Below, piece after piece: positions 40,445-49,041 of a stretch of 64,000 nucleotides of DNA. This DNA comes from an uncultured Gaiellaceae bacterium. GTDB taxonomy: Bacteria; Actinomycetota; Thermoleophilia; Gaiellales; Gaiellaceae. Position 1 is the stretch's first letter; every line of letters begins with the position of its first letter. Below the pieces are notes generated by a model. That model was not told the origin of the DNA. It did no database searches and saw only the letters and a program-made list of their open reading frames with translations. Location: positions 63,081-127,080 of the forward strand of contig CAWJTZ010000013.1 in NCBI GenBank assembly GCA_963845935.1, given 5' to 3'. The translations under genes and the position numbers were made by a program.

Positions 40445-41296
40445 GTGGCCCACGCGATCACGGTCTCCGAGCTCACGAAGTCCTACGGTGACGTCCGGGC
40501 GCTCCGGGGAGTGAGCTTCGACGTCGCCGAGGGCGAGGTCTTCGGGCTCCTCGGGCCGAACGGCGCGGGCAAGACGACGACCGTGGAGATCCTCGAGGGC
40601 TACCGACGGCGCGACGGGGGCGCCGCCACGGTTCTGGGGTTCGATCCCGGAGAGGCGCCACGAGGGCTCCGAGAGCGGATGGGGGTCGTGCTGCAGCAGT
40701 CCGAGTTGAGCCCGCTCCTGACCGTCCACGAGACCCACCGCCTCTTCGCCGGGTACTTCGCCAACCCGCGCGACGTCGACGAGGTCATCGAGCTCGTCGG
40801 CCTGGGCGAGAAACGGGATGCCCGCGTCAAGTCGCTCTCGGGAGGGCAGAAGCGTCGTCTCGACCTCGGCGTCGCGCTCGTCGGGAACCCGGAGCTCGTC
40901 TTCCTCGACGAGCCGACCACCGGCTTCGACCCGGCCGCGCGGCGGGCCGCGTGGGAGCTGATCCGCTCCCTCCGGTCGCTCGGCACGACGATCCTGCTCA
41001 CGACGCACTACCTCGACGAAGCGCAGCAGCTTGCCGATCGCGTGGCCGTGCTGCGCGACGGGGTGATCGTCCGTCAAGGGTCGCCCGCCGACCTGATCGG
41101 GGACATCCAGACCACCGAGATCCGGTACGTACGAGACGGCGAGCGCGTCGTCGTCACGACGACCGAGCCGACTCGTGTGCTGAACGAACTCACGGCCGAC
41201 GCGCTCGCAGCGGGGCGCGCTCTCGAGCAGATCGAGGTTCGCCGGCCGAGCCTCGAGGATGTCTACCTCGAGCTCGTGGGGGAGGAGCAGGAGTGA
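40445..41296 (+). CDS. ABC transporter ATP-binding protein (ABC-2/DrrA-like)
   Basis: GLLGPNGAGKTT (Walker A), LSGGQKRRL (signature), LVFLDEPTTGFD (Walker B). Confidence 0.92.
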   Translation: MAHAITVSELTKSYGDVRALRGVSFDVAEGEVFGLLGPNGAGKTTTVEILEGYRRRDGGAATVLGFDPGEAPRGLRERMGVVLQQSELSPLLTVHETHRLFAGYFANPRDVDEVIELVGLGEKRDARVKSLSGGQKRRLDLGVALVGNPELVFLDEPTTGFDPAARRAAWELIRSLRSLGTTILLTTHYLDEAQQLADRVAVLRDGVIVRQGSPADLIGDIQTTEIRYVRDGERVVVTTTEPTRVLNELTADALAAGRALEQIEVRRPSLEDVYLELVGEEQE

Positions 41297-42051
41297 GCAT
41301 GCTCGCCCATCAGCTGCGGTTCGAGCGGAAGACGTTCTGGAGGAGCCGCGAGGCAGCGGTGTTCATCTTCGTGTTCCCGCTCCTGCTCTATGCACTCCTC
41401 GGCTCGGTCTACGGCGACGACATCGACTTCGACGGGCGGCGCGTTCCTGCGGTCGACGTCCTCCTCGCCGGTCTCTTCGGATACGGCGCCGCCAACACCG
41501 CCTTCGGCGGCCTCGCGATCGTGCTCGTGGTCCGGCGCGAGGCGGGCGTGCTCAAGCGCATCCGCGCGACGCCGCTCCCGCCGCGGGTCTACCTCACGGC
41601 AGTCCTGCTGTCGACGCTCGTGACCTTCGCGCTGCAGTCGGTCGGACTGCTCGTCCTCGGCGGTCTCGTGTTCGACGCGAGCATGCCCGCGAACTGGCTC
41701 GGCTTCGCGGGCGCAGTCGTGCTCGGCGTCGCGTCGTTCGCCGGGATGGGGCTCGCCGCCGCATCCCTCATCCGATCGGCCGAGGGCGTCTCCGCGGTCG
41801 TGAACGTCGTCATCCTTCCGATGGCGTTCCTGTCGGGGGCCTTCGGGCCCACGCAGGACTTCCCGGCCGTCCTGCAGGCGATTGCGGACGTCCTTCCGCT
41901 CACGTACTTCATCGACATCGTCGACGGCGTCTACCTGGACGGCGACTCGCTCTTCGCCGACCCGAAAGCGCTCGCGATCACTCTCGCCTGGGGCGCCGTA
42001 GGCGTCCTCGTCGCGCTCCGCCGCTTCGGCTGGATGCCGCGCGAGCGCTAG
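41293..42051 (+). CDS. ABC-2 type transporter permease
   Basis: GTG 41293 overlaps the ATPase stop (ATG at 41299 is the alternative). Six hydrophobic segments; ILPMAFLSGAFGP. Confidence 0.85.
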   Translation: MSMLAHQLRFERKTFWRSREAAVFIFVFPLLLYALLGSVYGDDIDFDGRRVPAVDVLLAGLFGYGAANTAFGGLAIVLVVRREAGVLKRIRATPLPPRVYLTAVLLSTLVTFALQSVGLLVLGGLVFDASMPANWLGFAGAVVLGVASFAGMGLAAASLIRSAEGVSAVVNVVILPMAFLSGAFGPTQDFPAVLQAIADVLPLTYFIDIVDGVYLDGDSLFADPKALAITLAWGAVGVLVALRRFGWMPRER

Positions 42052-42713
42052 CGGTTGCCGAGCAGCGTGAGGAAGTAGAGGAGCTGCGCGATCGCGGCGA
42101 GCGCACCGGCGACGTACGTCCAGGCGGCCGCGTTCAGGGTGGCCTCGACGCCGGAGCCTTCGTTCGAGGCGACGAGCCCCAGATCGTGGAGCTGTCGCTT
42201 CGCGCGCTTCGACGCGTCGAACTCCACAGGCAGCGTCACGAGCTGGAAGACCACAGCGACGGCGTAGAGCGCGATCGCGAGGACGATGAAGCCTGAGATC
42301 TGAAGAAAGATCCCGCCGAGCAGGAAGAGCATCCAGATGTTCGACGCGAACTGGACAGCGGGGAACAGAGCGCTGCGGAACTTGAAGAACGCGTACGACT
42401 TCGAGTGCTGGATCGCGTGCCCGACCTCGTGGGCGGCAACGGCCGTGGATGCCACCGAGACGCCCTGGAAGACCTCGGGCGACAGATGCACCGAGCGGCT
42501 ACGTGGGTCGTAGTGGTCGGAGAGCGAGCCCGGCGTCTCCTCGACCGGTACCTCGTTTAGGCCGTTGGCGTCGAGAACGCGCCGCGCGACCTGAGCGCCG
42601 GACATCCCGTTCGCAATGTGCACCTGGAGGTTCTTGGCGAAGGTCGACTTCACCCGGTGCTGGGCCCAGAAGCCGAGCACCATCGGGACGATGAAGAAGA
42701 CGATCCAGGTCAC
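42048..42713 (-). CDS. YugP-like putative neutral zinc metallopeptidase
   Basis: GTG 42713. WIVFFIVPMVLGFWAQHRVKSTF...AVAAHEVGHAIQH (HExxH)...TLPVEFDASKRA. Confidence 0.8.
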   Translation of the reverse strand: MTWIVFFIVPMVLGFWAQHRVKSTFAKNLQVHIANGMSGAQVARRVLDANGLNEVPVEETPGSLSDHYDPRSRSVHLSPEVFQGVSVASTAVAAHEVGHAIQHSKSYAFFKFRSALFPAVQFASNIWMLFLLGGIFLQISGFIVLAIALYAVAVVFQLVTLPVEFDASKRAKRQLHDLGLVASNEGSGVEATLNAAAWTYVAGALAAIAQLLYFLTLLGNR

Positions 42714-42777
42714 GCGGAGATCGTATCGGCCGACTCCGGTAGCCCTGCAAGGGTGGACCGGGCGAGTACCCGCGTTC

Positions 42778-43344
42778 TTAACTCGACGCTTGCAGCGACT
42801 GACACGACGGCGCGTCGGCAAACGCCTGGTCGAGCTCGGCCTTCGACTCCTCCGCGACGTTCGCATCTTCGAGTGACGACACGGTCGTCGCGATCGCCGT
42901 CTGGAGCGCCGCGAAATCGGGTGCGAGGTCGCCGAGCTGCTGCAGGAACTCGCTCGGCGGCCCATCAGCGGCGGTCTCGACGCCGTCGCGGAGGGCATCG
43001 AACTGCGACTCGAGCTCCGCGGCGGAGTCGTCGAGTTGCTGCTGGAGCTCGTCCCCCGCCTCGAGGTCCGGCGGACCGAGCTCGCGGAGTTGCGTGACGA
43101 GCTCGTTCGTCGCATCCCCCGCCTCGCCGAGCTTGTCGCGGAGCGTGTCGGCGGTGACCCCTGCGCCGCCGGTATCCGCGAGCGACGTGATCGAGTCGCG
43201 CCAGTCGGAGAGGCTCGTGCACACGTCCCCGGCCCACTCCTCGGTCGTCTGCGGCCCGTCGTCGCTCAGCCGCATCGCAATCGCCGCGATGACGATTGCC
43301 GCGACTCCGATCACGATGGCGGCGATGAACCAGGTCCTGCGCAC
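42778..43344 (-). CDS. Membrane-anchored acidic hypothetical protein
   Basis: 188 aa. N-terminal TM WFIAAIVIGVAAIVIAAIAM, then an Asp/Glu/Leu-rich helical-looking ectodomain. Confidence 0.5.
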   Translation of the reverse strand: MRRTWFIAAIVIGVAAIVIAAIAMRLSDDGPQTTEEWAGDVCTSLSDWRDSITSLADTGGAGVTADTLRDKLGEAGDATNELVTQLRELGPPDLEAGDELQQQLDDSAAELESQFDALRDGVETAADGPPSEFLQQLGDLAPDFAALQTAIATTVSSLEDANVAEESKAELDQAFADAPSCQSLQASS

Positions 43345-43391
43345 GAGTGCCGAGTCTAGTGCGACGAGCGGCGAGGGATACTTCCAGCTCC

Positions 43392-44609
43392 GTGATCGAA
43401 TGCGCGGTCATCGGAGCGGGCCAGGCGGGGCTGTCGACGAGCTTCTACCTGAGCCGACTCGGAGTGGAGCATGTCGTCCTCGAGCGCGGGCGCGTCGGCG
43501 AGACCTGGCGCACCATGCGTTGGGACTCGTTCCACCTGAACACGCCGAAGTGGTGCACGCAGCTCCCGGGGCTCGATCTCGCGGATGCAGACCCGGACGC
43601 GTTCGCGCCGCTCGATGAGGTCGTCGGCCTGCTCGCCAGCTATGCGAGCGACATCGGCGCGCCTGTGCAGGTCGCAGCGGTGACGGCGCTGCGACCGAGC
43701 GGAGACGCGTTCGCCCTCGAGCTGGCCGGCGACGCGCTCACAGCGCGCAGCGTGGTCGTCGCGACCGGCGCCTTCCAGCAGCCGCTCACGATTCGAGCGA
43801 CCGGGGAGCCACCGGCCGGTGTCGTCCAGCTGCAAGCGTCCGCGTACCGCAGCCCCGGCGACCTTCCGGAGGGCGGCGTGCTGATCGCCGGCAGCGGCCA
43901 GTCCGGATGCGAGATCGGGCTCGAGCTGCTCGAGACGGGACGCCAGGTGCATCTCGCCGTCGGGCGCTGTGGCTGGTTCCCGCGCCGGTATCGCGGGCGC
44001 GAGCTGATGCGCTGGATGGTCGACGTCGGCGCGTCCGACGAGACGCCGGAGGTCCTTCCGACGCCCGCGGCGCGCGCCGCCGGGAACGTCGCGGTCTCGG
44101 GCTCTCGCGGCGGACGCGACTGCAACCCTCTCGTTCTCGAGCGGGCCGGAGCACGTCTGTACGGGCGGCTCGAGGGGTTCGACACAGGGAGGGCGGTATT
44201 CGCGCCCACGCTCGAGGACGGGCTCGAGTTCGGACGTACCTTCGAACGCAACCTCGCGCGGCGCTGCGACGAGTGGGCCGCCGCGACAGGACTCGAGCTA
44301 CCGCCCGCAGTACCGGAGGCGGAGCGCCCGCCACGCCGTCACGACCCGACGGAGCTCGCAATCGATCGCGAAGGCGTCACCACGGTGCTCTGGGCCGGAG
44401 GATTTCGGCCGGCGTTCTCCTGGATCGACCTGCCGATCTTCGACGAGCTCGGGTTCCCGCGCGCGGCCCGCGGCGTGACCGACATCCCTGGGCTCGCGTT
44501 CGTCGGCCTCCCCTGGCTGCACAAGCGTAAGTCGCCGCTCCTCCTCGGTGTCGGCGACGACGCAGCCCACGTCGCGACCGCGATCGCACAGCACCTCGAG
44601 ACGACCTAG
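43392..44609 (+). CDS. FAD/NAD(P)-binding oxidoreductase (flavin monooxygenase-like)
   Basis: ORF 43347..44609; the likely start is GTG 43392. ECAVIGAGQAGLSTSFYL (GxGxxG) and a second site, VLIAGSGQSGCEI. Confidence 0.8.
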   Translation: MIECAVIGAGQAGLSTSFYLSRLGVEHVVLERGRVGETWRTMRWDSFHLNTPKWCTQLPGLDLADADPDAFAPLDEVVGLLASYASDIGAPVQVAAVTALRPSGDAFALELAGDALTARSVVVATGAFQQPLTIRATGEPPAGVVQLQASAYRSPGDLPEGGVLIAGSGQSGCEIGLELLETGRQVHLAVGRCGWFPRRYRGRELMRWMVDVGASDETPEVLPTPAARAAGNVAVSGSRGGRDCNPLVLERAGARLYGRLEGFDTGRAVFAPTLEDGLEFGRTFERNLARRCDEWAAATGLELPPAVPEAERPPRRHDPTELAIDREGVTTVLWAGGFRPAFSWIDLPIFDELGFPRAARGVTDIPGLAFVGLPWLHKRKSPLLLGVGDDAAHVATAIAQHLETT

Positions 44610-44735
44610 CGCAGCAGACGAGCGGCTCCGTCCGCGCACAGCCTCGATGCCCGAGAGGATCGCTATGAAACGGGCGGAGAGGCGGCGCGCGCTCGTCTCT
44701 ATCATCGATCGACCGTCCTCCGTTTCCACCAGCGC

Positions 44736-45710
44736 ATGAGCTCCCGCATCGAGACCCCGCCCGCGCCGACCTCGGCCCGATGGGCGACGACGGCGGCGCT
44801 CGTCGCCGGCTGGATGCTCATCGTCGTGCTCCTTCTCTACTTCCTCGAGGTGCGACCCGGAATGCGAACGGACGCGCCGAGCGTCGCCACCGTCCGGACC
44901 GCGCAGCCCGACTTCCCCGCGCCACCGGTGGGAGCGGTCGTCTACAGCAGGCAGATGGGTGACACCGCGCTCGCACTCGGCGTCGCGCCGGAGCCCGGAC
45001 GCGTGATCGTGCAAGCGTCCCTCGTGGGGCCCGAGGGTGCGGGTGTCTCGGGACTCGACGTCTCGTTCGGCACCCACGGCTCGACCGTCACGGGGCGGTC
45101 TTGCGGCGCGGGCTGCTACCGAGCGGCTCTGCCAACCGGCGCGGCCCCGAAAGCCCTCGACGTCGTCGTCGAGGGGGACTCCACGACGCGCTGGGACGTG
45201 GCGCTCCCGGAAAGCTGGCCCCCGGCGGACGCCGCCTGGGTGGTCACCCGCGCCGAGCGCGTCTGGCGCGCGCTGCGCTCGCTCTCCTTCGACGAGACGC
45301 TCCGCTCGGACGAGAGCCACGAGGTCACGAGTTCCTGGCAGGTGCAGGCGCCCGACCGACTCGCGTACCAGATCGCCCACGGCACGTCAGCCGTCATCGT
45401 CGGCAAGCGGCGCTGGGACAGGGTGCCGGGCAAGCCGTGGAAGGCGTCACCGCAGCCGCCGATTCGCCAACCGATACCGCAGTGGGTGGATGCCACGAAT
45501 GCCCACGTCGTCGCTACGACCGTCGCACGCGGCCGGCCCGCGCTCGTCGTGACGTTCTTCGATCCGAAGACGCCGGGCTGGTACACGGCCACCCTCGACC
45601 GCAAGACCTTCCGCACGTACGACGCTCGCATGGTCGCCACCGCCCACTTCATGCACGACCGGTACCACTCGTTCGACGAGACACGGGCCATCCAACCACC
45701 CGTCGACTGA
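44736..45710 (+). CDS. Hypothetical membrane-anchored protein
   Basis: 324-aa ORF. TM TTAALVAGWMLIVVLLLYFL. The rest has coding-like composition and no recognised domain. Confidence 0.5.
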   Translation: MSSRIETPPAPTSARWATTAALVAGWMLIVVLLLYFLEVRPGMRTDAPSVATVRTAQPDFPAPPVGAVVYSRQMGDTALALGVAPEPGRVIVQASLVGPEGAGVSGLDVSFGTHGSTVTGRSCGAGCYRAALPTGAAPKALDVVVEGDSTTRWDVALPESWPPADAAWVVTRAERVWRALRSLSFDETLRSDESHEVTSSWQVQAPDRLAYQIAHGTSAVIVGKRRWDRVPGKPWKASPQPPIRQPIPQWVDATNAHVVATTVARGRPALVVTFFDPKTPGWYTATLDRKTFRTYDARMVATAHFMHDRYHSFDETRAIQPPVD

Positions 45711-45824
45711 GCGCCAAAGCACTCGGGCATTCGCCGAACTTCCGGTGCGCTCGCCCATGCGGCCTGGGCAAGGGCCGCTCTCAAGTCGATCGCCCTGCAG
45801 GCTCCTCAACTACCCTTGACCCGC

Positions 45825-45862
45825 GGCCTCGTAGCTCAGGGGATAGAGCACAGGCTTCCTAA
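45825..45862 (+). pseudogene. Orphan 5' half of a tRNA-Arg(CCT)-like gene (copy A), ending right after the anticodon loop
   Basis: GGCCTCG-TA-GCTC-AGGGGATA-GAGC-A-CAGGC-TTCCTAA. The next bases, GTGGA, cannot pair with CAGGC, and there is no T-arm or 3' acceptor. Confidence 0.75.
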
Positions 45863-48084
45863 GTGGACTGCCCGAAGATGAGGAGTTCGGAGTCGCCGCC
45901 CACGAAGAGTGTGGCAGCACCCTGACCGAACGCCAACGCCAAGGCAGTGAAAGGCGCGATCGGCCGCCAGTCCGTGAGAAAGCCGGTGCTCAGATCGAAG
46001 GCCGCCAGGTCACGTCGACCACCGGCGATCTTCGTGAAGTCGCCGCCAACGATCATCTCCGTCCCGTCCGGAGCGATGCCGATGACGTCGACGTCGTCGT
46101 CGGGACTCACGTCCCAGCGCAGCGCCGAGCCGTCGCCGATGTCGAGCGCGGCAATGCTCTTCCGAGAACTGCCGCCGATCGAAGTGAAGCGGCCGCCGAC
46201 GTAGATCGCGTCCCCGGCGAGGGCGAGCGTGAAGACGTTCCCGTTGCCGCCTGCGTCCCAGCCTGTCGCCTTTCCGGTCACAGGATCAAGTGCCGCCACA
46301 CCCCTGCGGGTCTCTCCCCCGATCGTGCCGAACTGTCCTCCTGCGTAGACCACGTCGGTCGAAGCGTCGAGAACTCGGACGGTGCCATTCGCCCCGGGGT
46401 TCCAGGCTTCGAGCGATGCGCTCCCGACATCGATCGCCGCGAGACGCCGTCGCGCCTTTCCGCCGACTGTAGTGAACGCGCCACCGATGTAGACGGTCTG
46501 ACCGTCACTCGTCGGCTGGATCGCCCATACCCCAGAATTAGCAGCCGCGCCCCACGGCGCAAGCGAGCCTCCATCTGCGTCCATAAGCGCAAGACTCTGC
46601 TGCGTTCGGCTACCTGAAACCGTGAAGCGGCCGCCGACGTAGATGCGAATCCCCGCCGGGTCCGGGGCAAGAGCCCGGACGACGCCCGCCAGCGGCGGCA
46701 CCCAGCTCGTCAGCGCCGTCCCATCCGGAGTGAGTGCCGCCAATCCTGCGCGCGCGGACGCGCCGACCGACGTGAACTCTCCTCCGACGGCGATCGCACC
46801 GCGACGGCCGGACGAGAGGACGTAGACCTCGCCGATAGTCTGAGGATTCCAGGCGGTTGGCGCATCGCTACGTGTATCGACTGCCGCGAGGTTTGAACGA
46901 TCCTGGTCACCGACCGCGTCGAAGCCGCCACCAAAATACAGCGTCGACCGCCGAGCATCGAGGAGGAGGGAATTCACGGAGCCGCCGATGCCCGGGTCCC
47001 AAGTCGTCGCCGCCCCGCGCCTCGCATCGACGGCACCGAGACCACGACGGGACTTTCCACCCAGGGAGGCGAATTCTCCGCCCACGTATACCGGCGACCC
47101 TTTGGGCGCAACGGCGATCGCGTTGACCGTGCCGTCGGTATCCGGATTCCAGGAGGTCACGAGGCCGCTACGCACGTCGACCGAAGCAAGCCCCTCGCGT
47201 TCCTCGCCGCCGACATGGTCGAACGATCCCGCTAGGTAGACGACCTTGCCACGTGGATCCAGCGCGAGCAGGGAGACAGCGGAGTTCGGGAAGGGATGCC
47301 AGCGACTGAGCAGACCGCTGGACGTCACGGCCGCGACGTTCCGTCGCGGGTGCTTGTTCACCCGCGTGAACGAACCAGCGACGTAGATCGTGCGCCCATC
47401 GCCGCTGACGACGATCCTAGAGACGTAGCTGTCGGAGTTCCTCGCTGTAACCGTCGGATGCCACGGACGGAGCTTTCCGGACGTCGTATCGAGCGCAGCG
47501 AGTCCCAGCCGCTTAGCTCCATCGATGGCGATGAAGTCGCCGCCGATGTAGAGCGTCTTGCCGTGACGGGCGAATGCGGAAATCGTTCCACCAACGCGCA
47601 CGTGCCAATTTCTGTCTAGCCGGCCGTTCGACTTCAGATGCGTGAACCCGGAGTGGTCGACACCGCCGACGCTCGCGATCTCGCCCTGAATGAACCATCC
47701 TCCGGCACCGTCCGAGACCGCGTCCGAGACGCTGTCATAGATCTCCGCGCGGACCGGCGCGACCGCTCCCGTCGCATCGACGCTGACCCAGGCGCCCGTG
47801 GGCGGCCCGATCGCCGTGAAGTCACCGCCGACATAAAGCGCGCTCGACGTCGCCGCGAGAGCCATGACACTGCCGTCGACCACCCACTCTTTGGACGGCG
47901 TCTCCGCCCGCGTCGTCAGTGCCGCACTCGACCCACCTGCCCCGAACGCCATGACGACGACACAAACCGTCGACAGGGGCACGACGCGGCGGATGCCGGT
48001 GAGGGCAACTCTCGTCCATCGCGTCTGTTGGATGGAGCGCAACGGAACACTGATCATTGCAACGCGTCCTCTCGATCGCTTCAC
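45859..48084 (-). CDS. Secreted beta-propeller repeat protein (13 full + 1 partial repeats of about 47 aa, DUF5122/delta-60-like)
   Basis: 741-aa intact ORF. Signal-like VVPLSTVCVVVMAFGAGGSSA. Repeated motif [LIV]Y[VI]GGxFTx[IV]GGxxRxxLAAxDxxxGxxxxWxP. The stop codon lies in tRNA fragment A. Confidence 0.8.
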   Translation of the reverse strand: MKRSRGRVAMISVPLRSIQQTRWTRVALTGIRRVVPLSTVCVVVMAFGAGGSSAALTTRAETPSKEWVVDGSVMALAATSSALYVGGDFTAIGPPTGAWVSVDATGAVAPVRAEIYDSVSDAVSDGAGGWFIQGEIASVGGVDHSGFTHLKSNGRLDRNWHVRVGGTISAFARHGKTLYIGGDFIAIDGAKRLGLAALDTTSGKLRPWHPTVTARNSDSYVSRIVVSGDGRTIYVAGSFTRVNKHPRRNVAAVTSSGLLSRWHPFPNSAVSLLALDPRGKVVYLAGSFDHVGGEEREGLASVDVRSGLVTSWNPDTDGTVNAIAVAPKGSPVYVGGEFASLGGKSRRGLGAVDARRGAATTWDPGIGGSVNSLLLDARRSTLYFGGGFDAVGDQDRSNLAAVDTRSDAPTAWNPQTIGEVYVLSSGRRGAIAVGGEFTSVGASARAGLAALTPDGTALTSWVPPLAGVVRALAPDPAGIRIYVGGRFTVSGSRTQQSLALMDADGGSLAPWGAAANSGVWAIQPTSDGQTVYIGGAFTTVGGKARRRLAAIDVGSASLEAWNPGANGTVRVLDASTDVVYAGGQFGTIGGETRRGVAALDPVTGKATGWDAGGNGNVFTLALAGDAIYVGGRFTSIGGSSRKSIAALDIGDGSALRWDVSPDDDVDVIGIAPDGTEMIVGGDFTKIAGGRRDLAAFDLSTGFLTDWRPIAPFTALALAFGQGAATLFVGGDSELLIFGQST

Positions 48085-48105
48085 CCCTATTGCATAGTGC
48101 GCTCC

Positions 48106-48300
48106 TCAAGGAACGCTCAAGGCGGCCGACCTCGGGTGTGTCGATCTGGACGAGGCGCACTCTCTGTCCGTTCCGCAACACCACGGAGTCTCCGTCGGCG
48201 ACGTGATCGATCCGGAAGAGGTTCCGGCGACACGCGAAGCAGACGAGCCGAAGGCAAGCGCGGCACCGCAAGCGGCGAGTACCAGCAGCGCCGACCTCAT
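48106..48300 (-). pseudogene. Truncated, frame-broken thermonuclease (SNase-like) lipoprotein gene fragment
   Basis: ATG 48300: MRSALLVLAACGAALAFGSS (lipobox LAAC). A different frame gives FRIDHVADGDSVVLRNGQRVRLVQIDTPEV (SNase N-terminal OB strands). Nothing SNase-like follows ~48120. Confidence 0.55.
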
Positions 48301-48429
48301 GCGGTCGATGGTCGCCGCGGGCGTGACAACGTCAACGGCGTTCGGGGAAGTTCGCGTACACAATCGGTCGGCTCTGTTTCTGCGGCTCACACGGGAGGCC
48401 GCCGGATCCCTCGACTATCCTTCCTTCGC

Positions 48430-48467
48430 GGACTCGTAGCTCAGGGGATAGAGGACAGGTTTCCTAA
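48430..48467 (+). pseudogene. Orphan 5' half of a tRNA-Arg(CCT)-like gene (copy B)
   Basis: GGACTCGTAGCTCAGGGGATAGAGGACAGGTTTCCTAA is 35/38 identical to copy A. It ends at the same position, and the following CCCGC cannot close the anticodon stem. Confidence 0.7.
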
Positions 48468-48545
48468 CCCGCTGCTCACCGACTTGGCTCAACCATGCGG
48501 GTTTTTGGAGAGGCGGCGAGGGAGCCGATACCCTCCCGCCGACGT

Positions 48546-48618
48546 GCCCTGGTAGCTCAGTGGATAGAGCATCCGCCTCCTAAGCGGAGGGTCGCAGGTT
48601 CGACTCCTGCCCAGGGCA
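48546..48618 (+). tRNA. tRNA-Arg (anticodon CCT)
   Basis: Folded by hand: GCCCTGG/CCAGGGC acceptor, GCTC/GAGC D-stem, TCCGC-CTCCTAA-GCGGA anticodon arm, GCAGG-TTCGACT-CCTGC T-arm, discriminator A. CCA is not encoded. Confidence 0.93.
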
Positions 48619-48810
48619 TTTCCAGGGAACGAAACGGGCGGTGACGGCTCACTCGGCACGGCTTCCGACGCTACTCGGCACGCACTCGTAGCCGTCCCGC
48701 AATCCCTGGCAATCCGACCGCTAGGCACGAATGACTACAGAGGATCAGCTACTTCCTACACCGCGTGCGCATGTTCGATTCATGCCGGGGGCATTACCGC
48801 CGGAAGCCAC

Positions 48811-49041
48811 CTAGACATTGATGAGGTAGAAGCCTGACGGAGGCTCACCGACCGGGAAGATGTCGTCGGTTTCGAGCACGTCGGGATGCGCTCGAAGCTC
48901 CTCGGCATCGACGTGATGGGCGACGATGCGCCCGTCTCGCATCGCCACCCACTCGCCTGTGTAGTGCTCGAGGTCGTCGGGCCCGAGCACGGGCTCCTGC
49001 GGTACGTCCAGCTCGGGCTCAGAAGGAGTCGAATCGATCAC
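48811..49041 (-). CDS. Small DUF5678-like protein
   Basis: GTG 49041 overlaps the GMC stop. ...LEHYTGEWVAMRDGRIVAHHVDAEELRAHPD...FPVGEPP. Family assignment is from memory. Confidence 0.45.
   Translation of the reverse strand: MIDSTPSEPELDVPQEPVLGPDDLEHYTGEWVAMRDGRIVAHHVDAEELRAHPDVLETDDIFPVGEPPSGFYLINV

Noticed and set aside
48489-48728. A 79-aa minus-strand ORF
   Set aside because: It lies directly across the intact tRNA-Arg gene and its flanks, so it is not credible as a CDS.
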